DNA from: an uncultured virus (IMG/VR IMGVR_UViG_3300023198_000771)
Lineage: Duplodnaviria; Heunggongvirae; Uroviricota; Caudoviricetes; Crassvirales
Reading direction: 5' to 3' (one strand)
Virus record (IMG/VR): IMGVR_UViG_3300023198_000771
DNA length: 20,000 nucleotides
The position numbers and the translations under genes were made by a program. Within the stretch, counting starts at the first letter, position 1. Each line of letters opens with the position of its first letter. Below are positions 11,301 through 18,855 of this stretch, in pieces. The notes under the pieces are model-generated. The model saw only the letters and a list, made by a program, of their open reading frames with translations, did no database searches and had not been told where the DNA came from.

Positions 11301-14300
11301 CCGTATTGCAGCAGCCTTGATTAGGTATGCAATTAAGGAAGGTAAGATGCCGGTATTCATTACCAAGTCACCTGATCTATTCTCAGATATGTACAGAGAT
11401 CTCATCGATATAGGATCTCCAACCGTTAAGCCATTCATTGTAAATAAGAATTTCCCAGGTGGAGGTAAGGTTAAAATATTCCATCCAGAAACAAACGAGG
11501 TACTGCATGAAGTGGATCCTGGTCAGAACCGTAGGATTATTGGTAAAGGTGAGAAGATTGGGACAGGGATCCTTCCGGAGGGAACTGATGTTGTTATGGC
11601 CACCTATTCCCAGTTCACCACTGAGGGTAGGGATGATGCCAAAAGAGCGTTAATGAACAAAATTGCCCAGGACCATAATGTAGTGTTCATCATGGATGAG
11701 AGCCATGAGGCCAGTGGGATGAGTAATACTGGTCAGTTCTTTATGGATTGGCTACAAACAACCGGTGGAGGTTTATTTGCATCAGCCACATACGCCAAGA
11801 GGCCGGACAATATGCCTTTATATGCCATGAAAACCGTTCTCACTGAGAACAACATGACGCATGAGGAACTGATAGATGCCATCAAAGCCGGTGGACCTGC
11901 CTTGCAGGAGATCATTACCCTGCAATTAGCAGAGGCCGGACAGTTCAGCAAGATCGGATTTAAGATGGATGCTGAAATGAATTACATGGTAATGGGTGAT
12001 ACGGATCCTGATCAAAGAACCTATAATCCTGAACTGGGAGAAGAGATGGTCCGTAAGTTCGATGGTGTTACATCGATGTTGCAGGAGATAATCAACTTCC
12101 AGAAAGACCATGTGAACCCCATCCTACAAGGAATGAACGAGGATGTAAAGAAGCAAGGTGCCATGGTTGAGGTGAGAAAAGGAACTACCCAGGCCGGTAT
12201 ATCTAACTCACCATATTTCAGTAGAGTTTGGAGTATCATAGACCAGTTGTTGCTTTCCATCAAGGTAAAGGAGGCTATCCCCCTAATCGTTGAGGATCTC
12301 AAAGCCGGACGTAAGCCTGTGATTGCCCTTAAAAGCACCATGGAGAAGATGATCACCGATATGGCTGATGAGGGATTGTTCAAGAAAGGTGACACTATCC
12401 CATTAGATTTCTCCTATGTCCTGAGAAAAGGAATGGATACCGTTATGAAGTTCACTGAGAAAGATGACCAGGGGAACGGTACACCTGATAAACTGGGACC
12501 AGAGAATCTTACTCCGGAGGGAAGGGAAGCCTATTACGACATGATGGAGAGGATCAATAAGCTGACTACTGATATACCCATCTCCCCCATCGATGTACTT
12601 AGGAAGGGAATTGAGGCAGCAGGATTTGAGGCGGTTGAGATAACCGGCAGGGGTACCATGTTTGAGATGAATGACGATATGACCATGGGCAAGTATGTGA
12701 ACAATGATCGTGGCCAGAAAATGAAGGCCGTTCAGAAGTTCAACAATAATCCTGGGGTCGCTGCTATTATCAATAAGGCCGGATCCACCGGTATATCAAT
12801 GCACTCATCACCCAAGTTTGCAGATACGAACCAGAGGTCCATGTGGATCCTGCAAAACGATCTGGATATAAATGTTGTCGTGCAGATCCTTGGGAGAATT
12901 TACAGGGCGAAGCAGTTGAACAAGCCTATCTATAATATCCTTACCTCAACACTACCTGCCGAGTTGAGGATGTTTATGATGAACGCCAAGAAACTAAAGT
13001 CCCTTGATGCCAACGTATCCGGGAACCAGAAGCAGAGTAAGAGCCTGATCGATGTGCCTGACTTCCTGAATAAGTATGGCGATAAGGTTGTTTATGAGTA
13101 TTTGAAAGAGAACTCTGATATTAATAACCTGATCGGTGATCCTCTTAAAATTAAGGAGAGCGAAGATGATGCCAATGTTGATATGACCAATGCTGCACAT
13201 AGGGTAACTGGCAAGATCCAGATCCTACCCAGTTATATGCAGGAGGAATTTAACCGTGACATTATTGAAAGATACGAGTCAGCTATTGAATATCTGGACA
13301 GCACTGGACAGAATGACCTGATGGTTACCAGTGAGAACCTGGAAGCCGAGGTGGTGGAAACTGATGTAGCGGTACATGGTAACGGAGGGTGGTCCTCTTT
13401 TGGTGATGATACCAATCTCCAAACAGTTGAGGCTAACGTGATCAGGAAGCCACTGAACAAGCAGGAGTTGGACACTATCCTTGAAGAGATCCCTGATAAT
13501 CACAGCGAGGATCTGCAAAAACAAATGGAGGCCGGAGTTGAGCAGAGGATGAATGATCAACTGGCAAGGGTACAGGATTCCTATGAAGTTCACAGACAGG
13601 CATTGAAGAAGCGTATTGCTGAGAAGAAGGGATTGACCGAGGAAGAAAAGGAGAGGGAATATGCCATTGAGGAAGAGAACTTATCAGACAGGGAGAAGTT
13701 CCAGTTGCAAGGGATCAAGGATAATGCCAATAACAATAAGGCGAGATTTAACAACTACATTGACTATTTCACCCCAGGCAGAGCGTTAGAGATCCCATTC
13801 ACCGATGATGAGCAGCTTGACGGATTCAAACTGAGCAAGGGAGTGTTCCTTGGTTTCGATGTGAACCAGAATAAACCTAACCCTTGGATCCCAAGTAACT
13901 TCATGTTAAAGTTTGCCACCACGGATAGCCGTAGGGTAATCCGGATACCTGTCAGCAAGTCGAACCACCTTGACGCAATCAGGGGTAATAGCAACCACAT
14001 ATCCGAGATGCAGGGTAGGGAGATCCTGGAAGAGTGGGATACACTCCGGAAGGGGCGTAAGCGTGAAACACGGTACATAGCCACTGAGAATGTATTGCAG
14101 GGTATGACTATGTTTAAGAAAGGTAGGCTCATTCAGTTCACCAAAATGGATGGAACTATCGATAAAGGGATCCTGATGCCGGAGAACTGGAAGAAGCCGG
14201 ACGAGAGTATTGCCCGGATGCCTATCAATAAGGCTATCGATATTGTAAAGAATCTCCTTCCAGGCAAATTTGTTGAGGATTGGTCAGGAGATATTATGAT

Positions 14301-17300
14301 CAAGAAACTATCCTATGGCTCACCACAGAGGTATGAGTTGAGGGTACCGGCCACCACTAAGCGAGGATCCAAGTATTATTCCAATGAGCAGTTGAAGGAT
14401 ATGATGGATGATAGATACTTTGAGCAGAATGGTGATCGTATGATTGCCACCTTTTCCGAGTATCAGTTGGAGGATCTGTTGGATATGCTCAACGAAAGAT
14501 TCAAGATTGTATTGGAAGTGGATGCCAAGGATATTGCCCAAGCATACGACCAAACAGATACTCATGCAACCATGGCCTCCTATGGAGCCGGTGTGAGAAC
14601 TAAACCTAAGAATAGGAAGGGATTATCCAATCCTAACAATGAGGTCCTGGGTGCCAAGGAAAAGAGTGTAGCCAATAGGGTGCAACCGGCACCTATCACC
14701 GGAGGAACACCAAAGAAGATGTGGGAGATCCAGTATGATCTATCTAAGTCAGTTGGTTTCAAGTTGAGGTATTCACGTAGGCCAAGCAAAAGAGGTAAGG
14801 CCATTGGATCCTATCAGCCTGGATCTGGAAAGGTAGTGATCAAGTGGAACGGAGATCTCAACACCACGGCACATGAGATAGGCCATGCCTTAGATGATGC
14901 CTTTGGCCTGTTAGGTCCTGAAGCTGCAGGTAAATGGGGTGAGTTGAAAACAGAACTGGAACAGTTGTGGGAATATGGCAGTGATCCTCCCAGGGGACAC
15001 CCAAATCCTGATCAGTATAGGATGATGGAGGGAATGGCTGAGTTCATTCGTGCCTTCATGGTCAATCCTACTCAGGCGAAGAGAAGATTCCCCACCACCT
15101 ATTCATGGGTGAAGGAGAGAGTTGGAGATGATGAGCAAACATGGACCGGTCTGTTAGAGTTCAGTAAGGATGTCCGTGAATGGTGGGGCGCACCTGCCGC
15201 AGAACAGATCCTATCCAGGATAAATACCGGTGATCCCATTAAGACACCGAAGTTTGTATTTAACAGGGAGAGTCCCGAGGGTCAGTTCCAAATGACATAC
15301 TGGGACAACTTCGCCAGAAAGTATGTGAACTTCTTCCGTCCATTAGAGATGGCATACCGGTGGGGAATGGAGCAACAAGGGATCGATGTGAATGATCCAA
15401 CACAGTTGTCACCATCTCAAAACTTCCAGATCCTTGCAAGGTTGCACCTTGGATTGGATGTGAAGATGAGAAATGCCATGGAGAAGGGTCTTGTTGATTT
15501 CCATGGTAACAGGGTATATGATGAGGAAACTCACGAACCATTATCCTTCCACCTGCTATTTCAGCAGATCCCAAACCATACTTGGAAAGATATTCAAGCG
15601 AACCTGGAAGAAGCTATCATGTACGGTATGGCTCACAGGATCCGGGAGATCCCATGGAAAGTACAGGCTCGTCAGATCCGTATGGACCTTAACGAGAATG
15701 TAGATATGCTGCCTCCGGAGGAAATTCTAAAGAAGCATCCTTATATAATGGAGGTGTATGCTGACAAGATCAACAGGATCTATGATCAGATGGCCAAGGG
15801 TGAACTGGATCCAAAGGATGTATTCCTTCCCGAAGGTAGATATGATTTCACCGACATGGTAATTGCCGGTATTGCCCAAGAGGGCATGAGGGATTATGAT
15901 GTGGCAGTCAAAGCCGTTGAAAAATTTGAAGAGTTGAAGAGAACAGATCCGGAGAAGCATGAATGGATCAAGGAGTTTAACAGGATCTATCAGGCGATTG
16001 GCGTTCAGATTATGACCTATGCCCGGGACAGTGGGTTGATCAGTGAGAAAGCCTTTGAGCAAATCGACAATGAGAATATGCACTACATGGCCATGAAGCG
16101 CCTGTTTGCCATGTCACCACAGGATATTGTTGAGGGTAAAGCCTCAGAGGGGGTATCAATAACCTCATCAGGCGCACCCAATAAGAGTGGATTGGTGAGG
16201 ATCGTTATACATCCTATCAAAGGATCCAGGAAAGAGATCCGGAACCCGATTGAGGCATTGATTGAATCATACCACAAGGTTGTGCAGAACGGAGATCTCA
16301 ATTATGTGGTTGCCAGTTTTGCAAGGGCCTTCACTCCATCAAGGGATCTGTATTCAGGTCAGCCTATAAAGATAGGTGAGGTAGCTTGGGTGAGTCCTTC
16401 ACCAGAACAGAACTCCATTCCTTTCTATGTGAAAGGGAAGAGAATGTATCTGACTATTCCGGATCCTGAACTATTCAAGCTGATGGTAAACCTGATCCCT
16501 GATAGTGGAGGTGCCGGTAGTACCACAGTGAAGCTGCTTAGTGCCTTACCTCAGTTATTGCGTAGGAGCGTTGTTACCGCCCCAATTTTCGCAGCAAGGA
16601 ACATAGTGAGGGACTTTCAGCACTTTCTGGTTTTAGGCCAAGGATTGCGCTATTGGAGGCCATTCAGTAAGAATCTGGACATAGGAGGCAACAAATTCCT
16701 GAAGGAGGAGTTTGAGATCTCCGGTGCAGGACAGTTTGGATACCTGGTATCTTCCAAGAGAGGTTACAATGATCTGATGAAAGCTGCTATGTTCAAAGTC
16801 AGTCAGGATCCTAAGAAGTACATCTATGCCCCCAAGCAAGGGATGAGGAAGGCGAGTGAAGCCATCTTTGGTACCATGATGAAGGGGGAGAGGGTGACCA
16901 GGATGGTCCAGTTTAAAGCTGCCATCCGTCAGGGAATGAAGAAGCATGGCCTGTCACAGGAAGAGGCCATATACAGAGCAGCCTTCTTATCCAGAGATCT
17001 CATGGATTTCATGGTAGGGGGTACCGTCACCAAGGAGATGAACAGAGTAATAGTATTCCTGAATCCTGCCGTCCGTGGCCTGGATAAGATTGCGAGATCC
17101 ATGAAGGATCCAAAGCAGAGGGGTAGTGTACTTGGGAAGATGGGGTTGGTACTTGCCATCCCGGGGATCCTCAACTCATTATTGATTGCACTGTTGGCCG
17201 ATGATGATCAGAAAGAAGAATATCTGAACGCACCGGCATACCAAAGAGATATGTTTTACCGGATCCCGGTAGGTGATGGTTGGGTATTTATCCCACGGCC

Positions 17301-18042
17301 ATTTGAACTGGCCACCATTACCACAATATTCCAGAGAGCAACAGATAAGTATGTCCTGGGAGATGAAAATGCCTTCAACAAGGATTTCTTTAAAAGCATC
17401 TCACACCTGATCAGTCCAGTTGATGTGGCAGGATTGTTCGGAGGGTACGGTGGTGTTGTAGCTGCCATGTTCAATAAGGATATGTTCAGGCAGAAGAACA
17501 TTATTCCTCCGGAGGATGTTGGATTAACAATAGCATCGAGAAACACTGAGTATGCAAGTCAGTTTGGACAGTTGGTACAGGAAGCATCAGACATATTCAC
17601 CAAGGGTAAGCATAATTACATCGTGGATGCCCGAAAAGTGGATGCCTTCATTTTAGGACAGGGATCCTATTATGGAAGTGCGTTCCTAAAAGCAACAGAA
17701 CTAATGATCCCGGGACCTGGACAGGCTAAGTACCAGTTTAATCCTACCTCAACAGGATTCTTCAAATTTGCCAATGCCTATGCTGAACCGAACACTCAGT
17801 ATATGCTTCGGATATTTAAGAAGCATCCATGGACCAGGGAGATGACTGAATACGGTGAGTTCAAGCGACTGATTTATCACTACTTTACACCTGAAGTTCA
17901 AAGGGACAGGGTGCGCAAGAGGGAGATAGGTGCTGCACTGAGAGAGTATTCCGAGGCCCAAAGAGAAGCCTGGAAGGGTATTGATTTTGATAATGAAAGT
18001 TATGCACGTAAGCAGATTGAACAGGCCAGACGCAATTATTAA
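5329..18042 (+). CDS. Giant polyvalent DarB-like virion protein: DNA methyltransferase + strawberry-notch SF2 helicase + HExxH metallopeptidase + LPD38-like C-terminus (4237 aa)
   Basis: Single uninterrupted ORF. Visible motifs: QYSTP / DPSAGNG / NPPF (MTase); GHQTGTGKGR, DESH, SAT, AGSTGISMH, QILGRIYRAKQ (SF2 helicase); HEIGH...EGMAE (zincin); RNIVRD...RDLMDF...IPRPFE (LPD38-like). Confidence 0.85.
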   Translation: MGKQVKDGLDKDPKSWFKYYENKVTNDERFTSATPEDQMRYLGNVFDKYGSFMYNGADTQDKKDSIRNDYITTTLQKKNTPEEPEVEAWEPPVYSKDSILPSPEAESTRVEAPPVFTEDPDVTLPEEEQPKPPQPINQAVSDIQSNVESIYKAKGWPSPNMKIQQYQERAKELQQQVLDGKMNEDDYEGKLDEVLNDIGLGRDGDKVYVFPNEVELYRQEIDKAYRQHLTDRSATEKDGFFKDVLDALNVGSQRVMTSPTRILAITEKMANGMLNLMGQKERLGSTYWADKAKIEGEIQGAMKQNNERYTEGITEMAKRGNMRGAVGQTIMAVAENAPLMTMLVMGNAAGATNATLGYMGMDKAADEYMRNEENPDMTELVKIVNALGKGMSEVVFENMGTMAIINSVKRGIREAGEATVRDQLIKSYTPMFQRHVATLMGASSKAVWEGAEEMATEFTDNLLDWANDKDVDVGANVADAGIVGAVFGTMLASPQIYADLKGGKSEYVKSLADAIPDNLDFERKMAVAELMIEADQIGINSQDGMSEAQKIRVKEINEEMNTLLGITPEDQAAANQEKYGFELTPEYVEAVREQRAYFDDMKIKEAQERLNLPNTPDLNIEDHTDETLDMIDRGEAVINDRLKMAADNLYGEYKRLAAMKEADQREYTTDQINDMLVVLEEEITLLNDRINEQAEKGEFIVKEVELTDEIKVSEIAEEGKGEDTEGQPGPVVPPAKPEDFKKPPEEPPAEPPATAGAMVEEVVEEEPPGEMVQQLGDPALIRETPIGQVNVGLGAIETEANALIKPLTDKEAELNARLDSDEFKGRLTLEKKKGRTEVRNELTRTKAQIDDIIEKWETDVAEYADQIKPHIETAIRDLVPTISDEKLEATLNTVWDKLNEKELSKEDAAKTVDDYVLEALTEKPVEEPAPVEEDITVAKEGDKWVVTQEGDATVTQEFNTEEEANKFAEGVKVITGGKITYEEKKAKTDEKKAQAAKHDVLLSRVRQYNEIPKSQNRKAAALYQLIGKAVADLGYNVGMKGKDLVVTDAAGKEIRMTPDRTPKEVTEAHPLLTEYEDPGFVDFVNRIMDVPQSLMSYDVPMKASEIESAMKNIQAGKKTVAANKLLDALEESLAEGFIVLKKTRNTPSVEIPIEEFNSLIDNVTLTKFTNQFGELSPDNVEEAVNMGLMTEEEKDLYLKNLEDEIEKEEEAGPEPVEERTGDLEGEGAVEGEVNVEDELKAMQDLLDDPDLDFGGGMEMAAGGTGSVDASTKMLQTATAIITKMANAKIYDMDQMMRKIIPVIDRQKLNALLPYLKQGYMAYWATAPDDVKYQMNIVGVGSYDTTDIDRVIDMFKPEKEAPPVEEVPEYDNPDYREELTKVIRGWESIGQTAIARMLEKFLYKAPEAVKKEEIPWQEYMVRQRNRLRKFQLENDIKLGKTEEQPEGLSNEEAFTWEIKNALVTGKPLENWNDIKRIGKKHGIERKDVLRDQYELAVVEVARSMAQNMDISREDRWTQIYNLYQTAPGISQTARTAEVKEKQQYSTPIPISFLMGEYVNATEVGTVMDPSAGNGSLLIGAKKSAVRANDIDTRRNRNLASQGYRVFKEDSTHGIANLLDVPYVDALLINPPFGGPKEQYNGYPLSGEYVPVAYALESLKPEGKAAIIVGGHIEFKDNGQMKGKDLMFFNWLNKYFNVEDVIQVPGEMYRKMGAQYPIKIILVNGRKAAPEGAAPLYSESFKPVMGWSDLKFRILSKTNKPNEQTVLQSKVDANRGDDSLVVGDDTGGITDQPTRRTDTQDPGEDNPPTPTGTIRPEDDPTRKPVGTEPSGEPGRASRGYNEPPSISKPERESVPESRKSNPKGFGTIQPGRNKEDLPVRDIGKPTERTKRDLEISERTGDEVTPYVPLSQVGSGNYIIPASIAVEVEDALMQLKDEVGDVDQYVMEKLGYNSLEEMSEALFAEQVDGVGQAIFNVEGGNAMIIGHQTGTGKGRIAAALIRYAIKEGKMPVFITKSPDLFSDMYRDLIDIGSPTVKPFIVNKNFPGGGKVKIFHPETNEVLHEVDPGQNRRIIGKGEKIGTGILPEGTDVVMATYSQFTTEGRDDAKRALMNKIAQDHNVVFIMDESHEASGMSNTGQFFMDWLQTTGGGLFASATYAKRPDNMPLYAMKTVLTENNMTHEELIDAIKAGGPALQEIITLQLAEAGQFSKIGFKMDAEMNYMVMGDTDPDQRTYNPELGEEMVRKFDGVTSMLQEIINFQKDHVNPILQGMNEDVKKQGAMVEVRKGTTQAGISNSPYFSRVWSIIDQLLLSIKVKEAIPLIVEDLKAGRKPVIALKSTMEKMITDMADEGLFKKGDTIPLDFSYVLRKGMDTVMKFTEKDDQGNGTPDKLGPENLTPEGREAYYDMMERINKLTTDIPISPIDVLRKGIEAAGFEAVEITGRGTMFEMNDDMTMGKYVNNDRGQKMKAVQKFNNNPGVAAIINKAGSTGISMHSSPKFADTNQRSMWILQNDLDINVVVQILGRIYRAKQLNKPIYNILTSTLPAELRMFMMNAKKLKSLDANVSGNQKQSKSLIDVPDFLNKYGDKVVYEYLKENSDINNLIGDPLKIKESEDDANVDMTNAAHRVTGKIQILPSYMQEEFNRDIIERYESAIEYLDSTGQNDLMVTSENLEAEVVETDVAVHGNGGWSSFGDDTNLQTVEANVIRKPLNKQELDTILEEIPDNHSEDLQKQMEAGVEQRMNDQLARVQDSYEVHRQALKKRIAEKKGLTEEEKEREYAIEEENLSDREKFQLQGIKDNANNNKARFNNYIDYFTPGRALEIPFTDDEQLDGFKLSKGVFLGFDVNQNKPNPWIPSNFMLKFATTDSRRVIRIPVSKSNHLDAIRGNSNHISEMQGREILEEWDTLRKGRKRETRYIATENVLQGMTMFKKGRLIQFTKMDGTIDKGILMPENWKKPDESIARMPINKAIDIVKNLLPGKFVEDWSGDIMIKKLSYGSPQRYELRVPATTKRGSKYYSNEQLKDMMDDRYFEQNGDRMIATFSEYQLEDLLDMLNERFKIVLEVDAKDIAQAYDQTDTHATMASYGAGVRTKPKNRKGLSNPNNEVLGAKEKSVANRVQPAPITGGTPKKMWEIQYDLSKSVGFKLRYSRRPSKRGKAIGSYQPGSGKVVIKWNGDLNTTAHEIGHALDDAFGLLGPEAAGKWGELKTELEQLWEYGSDPPRGHPNPDQYRMMEGMAEFIRAFMVNPTQAKRRFPTTYSWVKERVGDDEQTWTGLLEFSKDVREWWGAPAAEQILSRINTGDPIKTPKFVFNRESPEGQFQMTYWDNFARKYVNFFRPLEMAYRWGMEQQGIDVNDPTQLSPSQNFQILARLHLGLDVKMRNAMEKGLVDFHGNRVYDEETHEPLSFHLLFQQIPNHTWKDIQANLEEAIMYGMAHRIREIPWKVQARQIRMDLNENVDMLPPEEILKKHPYIMEVYADKINRIYDQMAKGELDPKDVFLPEGRYDFTDMVIAGIAQEGMRDYDVAVKAVEKFEELKRTDPEKHEWIKEFNRIYQAIGVQIMTYARDSGLISEKAFEQIDNENMHYMAMKRLFAMSPQDIVEGKASEGVSITSSGAPNKSGLVRIVIHPIKGSRKEIRNPIEALIESYHKVVQNGDLNYVVASFARAFTPSRDLYSGQPIKIGEVAWVSPSPEQNSIPFYVKGKRMYLTIPDPELFKLMVNLIPDSGGAGSTTVKLLSALPQLLRRSVVTAPIFAARNIVRDFQHFLVLGQGLRYWRPFSKNLDIGGNKFLKEEFEISGAGQFGYLVSSKRGYNDLMKAAMFKVSQDPKKYIYAPKQGMRKASEAIFGTMMKGERVTRMVQFKAAIRQGMKKHGLSQEEAIYRAAFLSRDLMDFMVGGTVTKEMNRVIVFLNPAVRGLDKIARSMKDPKQRGSVLGKMGLVLAIPGILNSLLIALLADDDQKEEYLNAPAYQRDMFYRIPVGDGWVFIPRPFELATITTIFQRATDKYVLGDENAFNKDFFKSISHLISPVDVAGLFGGYGGVVAAMFNKDMFRQKNIIPPEDVGLTIASRNTEYASQFGQLVQEASDIFTKGKHNYIVDARKVDAFILGQGSYYGSAFLKATELMIPGPGQAKYQFNPTSTGFFKFANAYAEPNTQYMLRIFKKHPWTREMTEYGEFKRLIYHYFTPEVQRDRVRKREIGAALREYSEAQREAWKGIDFDNESYARKQIEQARRNY
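9940..10590 (+). other. Domain: SAM-dependent amino (N6-adenine/N4-cytosine) DNA methyltransferase
   Basis: Motif X-like QYSTP at 9952, motif I VMDPSAGNGSL (DPSAGNG at 10027-10047), motif IV LINPPFG (NPPF at 10210-10221) and LKPEGKAAIIV. The order X-I-IV is gamma-class-like. Boundaries are approximate. Confidence 0.85.
10607..11002 (+). CDS. Candidate nested (overprinted, +1 frame) 131-aa helical protein within the MTase-helicase linker
   Basis: ATG preceded by A-rich AAAAACAAACAAGCCAA. Leu/Glu/Ile/Ser-rich, amphipathic-looking sequence. ORF limits coincide with the Pro/Arg/Gly/Thr/Asp-rich linker of the main frame. Confidence 0.5.
   Translation: MSKPFYNQKWMPTEAMIRLWSVMIPEGSQISQPEELIPRIREKITRLLQQEPLGRRMILLESLLELNPVANLDEQVEDIMSHQAFLSQRESLFRRAESPIQKDLEQFSLEEIKKIYLSVTLESLLSVLSET
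11030..13330 (+). other. Domain: strawberry-notch-like SF2 helicase/ATPase (two RecA folds)
   Basis: Walker A GHQTGTGKGR (11275-11304), ATYSQ, Walker B DESH (11695-11706), motif III SAT (11782-11790), EITGR, AGSTGISMH and motif VI QILGRIYRAKQ (12883-12915). The GKGR, GISxH and QxxGRxxRxxQ signatures match the strawberry-notch clade. Boundaries are approximate. Confidence 0.85.
14700..15200 (+). other. Domain: zincin-like metallopeptidase (MPTase type of polyvalent proteins)
   Basis: AIGSY...TTAHEIGHALDD (HEIGH at 14872-14886), with a downstream third-ligand helix EGMAEFIRAF (15028) and a following FP..Y motif. Confidence 0.7.
16550..17850 (+). other. Domain: LPD38-like C-terminal region with a hydrophobic helix
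   Basis: PIFAARNIVRD, ERVTRMVQF, AAFLSRDLMDFMVGG, FLNPAVRGLDK, the hydrophobic GLVLAIPGILNSLLIALLA, and YRIPVGDGWVFIPRPFEL. This series matches my recollection of the C-terminal LPD38 domain of large phage polyvalent proteins. Confidence 0.6.
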
Positions 18043-18055
18043 ACTATATAAAGCC

Positions 18056-18322
18056 ATGCCTACACAGAAAGAAATGATCGAAACTATCCTGCATCAGCAG
18101 GAAGTACAAGGTAAGTTACTGCATGAGATCGATGATTCATTGAGGGGTCCTGACTATGATCCGCAAGATGGGGGTTTAATTGCCGAGGTACACCAGAATA
18201 CCCGATGTATCAAGGATATAAAAAAAAAACAGAATAAAATTATCGGTTGGGGAGTAACTATCTTTGGTGCGATTAATATTGCAGGGATAATTTTCACCAT
18301 TATAAAATCATTTGGAGGATAG
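18056..18322 (+). CDS. Small membrane protein, coiled coil plus C-terminal TM helix (XhlA/haemolysin-like lysis accessory or holin regulator), 88 aa
   Basis: Start re-assigned to the ATG at 18056, 13 nt after the giant gene's stop, with leader AAACTATATAAAGCC. Has GGLIAEV and a KKKQNK basic patch before the TM IIGWGVTIFGAINIAGIIFTII. Directly precedes the endolysin. Confidence 0.6.
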   Translation: MPTQKEMIETILHQQEVQGKLLHEIDDSLRGPDYDPQDGGLIAEVHQNTRCIKDIKKKQNKIIGWGVTIFGAINIAGIIFTIIKSFGG

Positions 18323-18324
18323 CT

Positions 18325-18813
18325 ATGAAAGCAAGAAACAAGTACAATTTCGGAGAAAGCAGCAACACCAGGAAGAGAAGCGTTAGTAAGTACCTTCAAC
18401 TGGCAGCAGAGAAAGCTATCAAATGCTCACCTGTTGATTTTGGTGTCCCATGGATGGGGGGAAAGAGGACTGCCGAGGAACAGTATGATATTTTTGTCAA
18501 GGGTTACTCCCGGGCCGATGGGACCAATAAAATATCCTATCACCAGAAAACAGATGAAACGGGGAGTGGTAAGGCTCTGGACTTAGTTCCTTATATTCCA
18601 GGAGTAGGATTTGCCTATGATGCCGTAGGAAGGTTTGGGATTATAGGGATGTTAATGCTTGAAGCCTGGGAGGAATTGCAGGACGAAGGGAAGATCCCTG
18701 AAACCCTGCACCTACACTGGGGAGGGTTTTGGAGAAACCGTGAACCGAAGGACCTGGGTTGGGATCTGGCTCATTATGAGATCCGGTCTGCACCACAAGT
18801 AGAGCGACTTTAA
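18325..18813 (+). CDS. Endolysin, peptidase M15 family (L-Ala-D-Glu peptidase, T5-lysin-like)
   Basis: DFGV..GGKRTAEEQ...G.S, SYHQ (Zn His), GKALDLVPY (Zn Asp) and WGGFW...WDLAHYE (catalytic Asp plus Zn His) form the complete M15C-type motif set. It sits in a lysis cassette. Confidence 0.85.
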   Translation: MKARNKYNFGESSNTRKRSVSKYLQLAAEKAIKCSPVDFGVPWMGGKRTAEEQYDIFVKGYSRADGTNKISYHQKTDETGSGKALDLVPYIPGVGFAYDAVGRFGIIGMLMLEAWEELQDEGKIPETLHLHWGGFWRNREPKDLGWDLAHYEIRSAPQVERL

Positions 18814-18855
18814 ATAAATTGTTGTAATATTGATACTAATTAAAAACTTAACACA

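Noticed and set aside
11459..11653. Alternate-frame + strand ORFs at 11459-11653 and 15473-15703
   Set aside because: They overlap folded, conserved parts of the main protein, lack A-rich leaders and read like frame-shift shadows.
9940..13330. Interpretation as a host type I/III/IIG restriction-modification locus
   Set aside because: No nuclease motif or specificity subunit recognised; the domains are embedded in a giant ORF between phage tail and lysis genes.
17981..18055. N-terminal extension of the 113-aa ORF overlapping the giant gene
   Set aside because: Non-ATG start inside the preceding CDS; the ATG at 18056 with an A-rich leader is more plausible.
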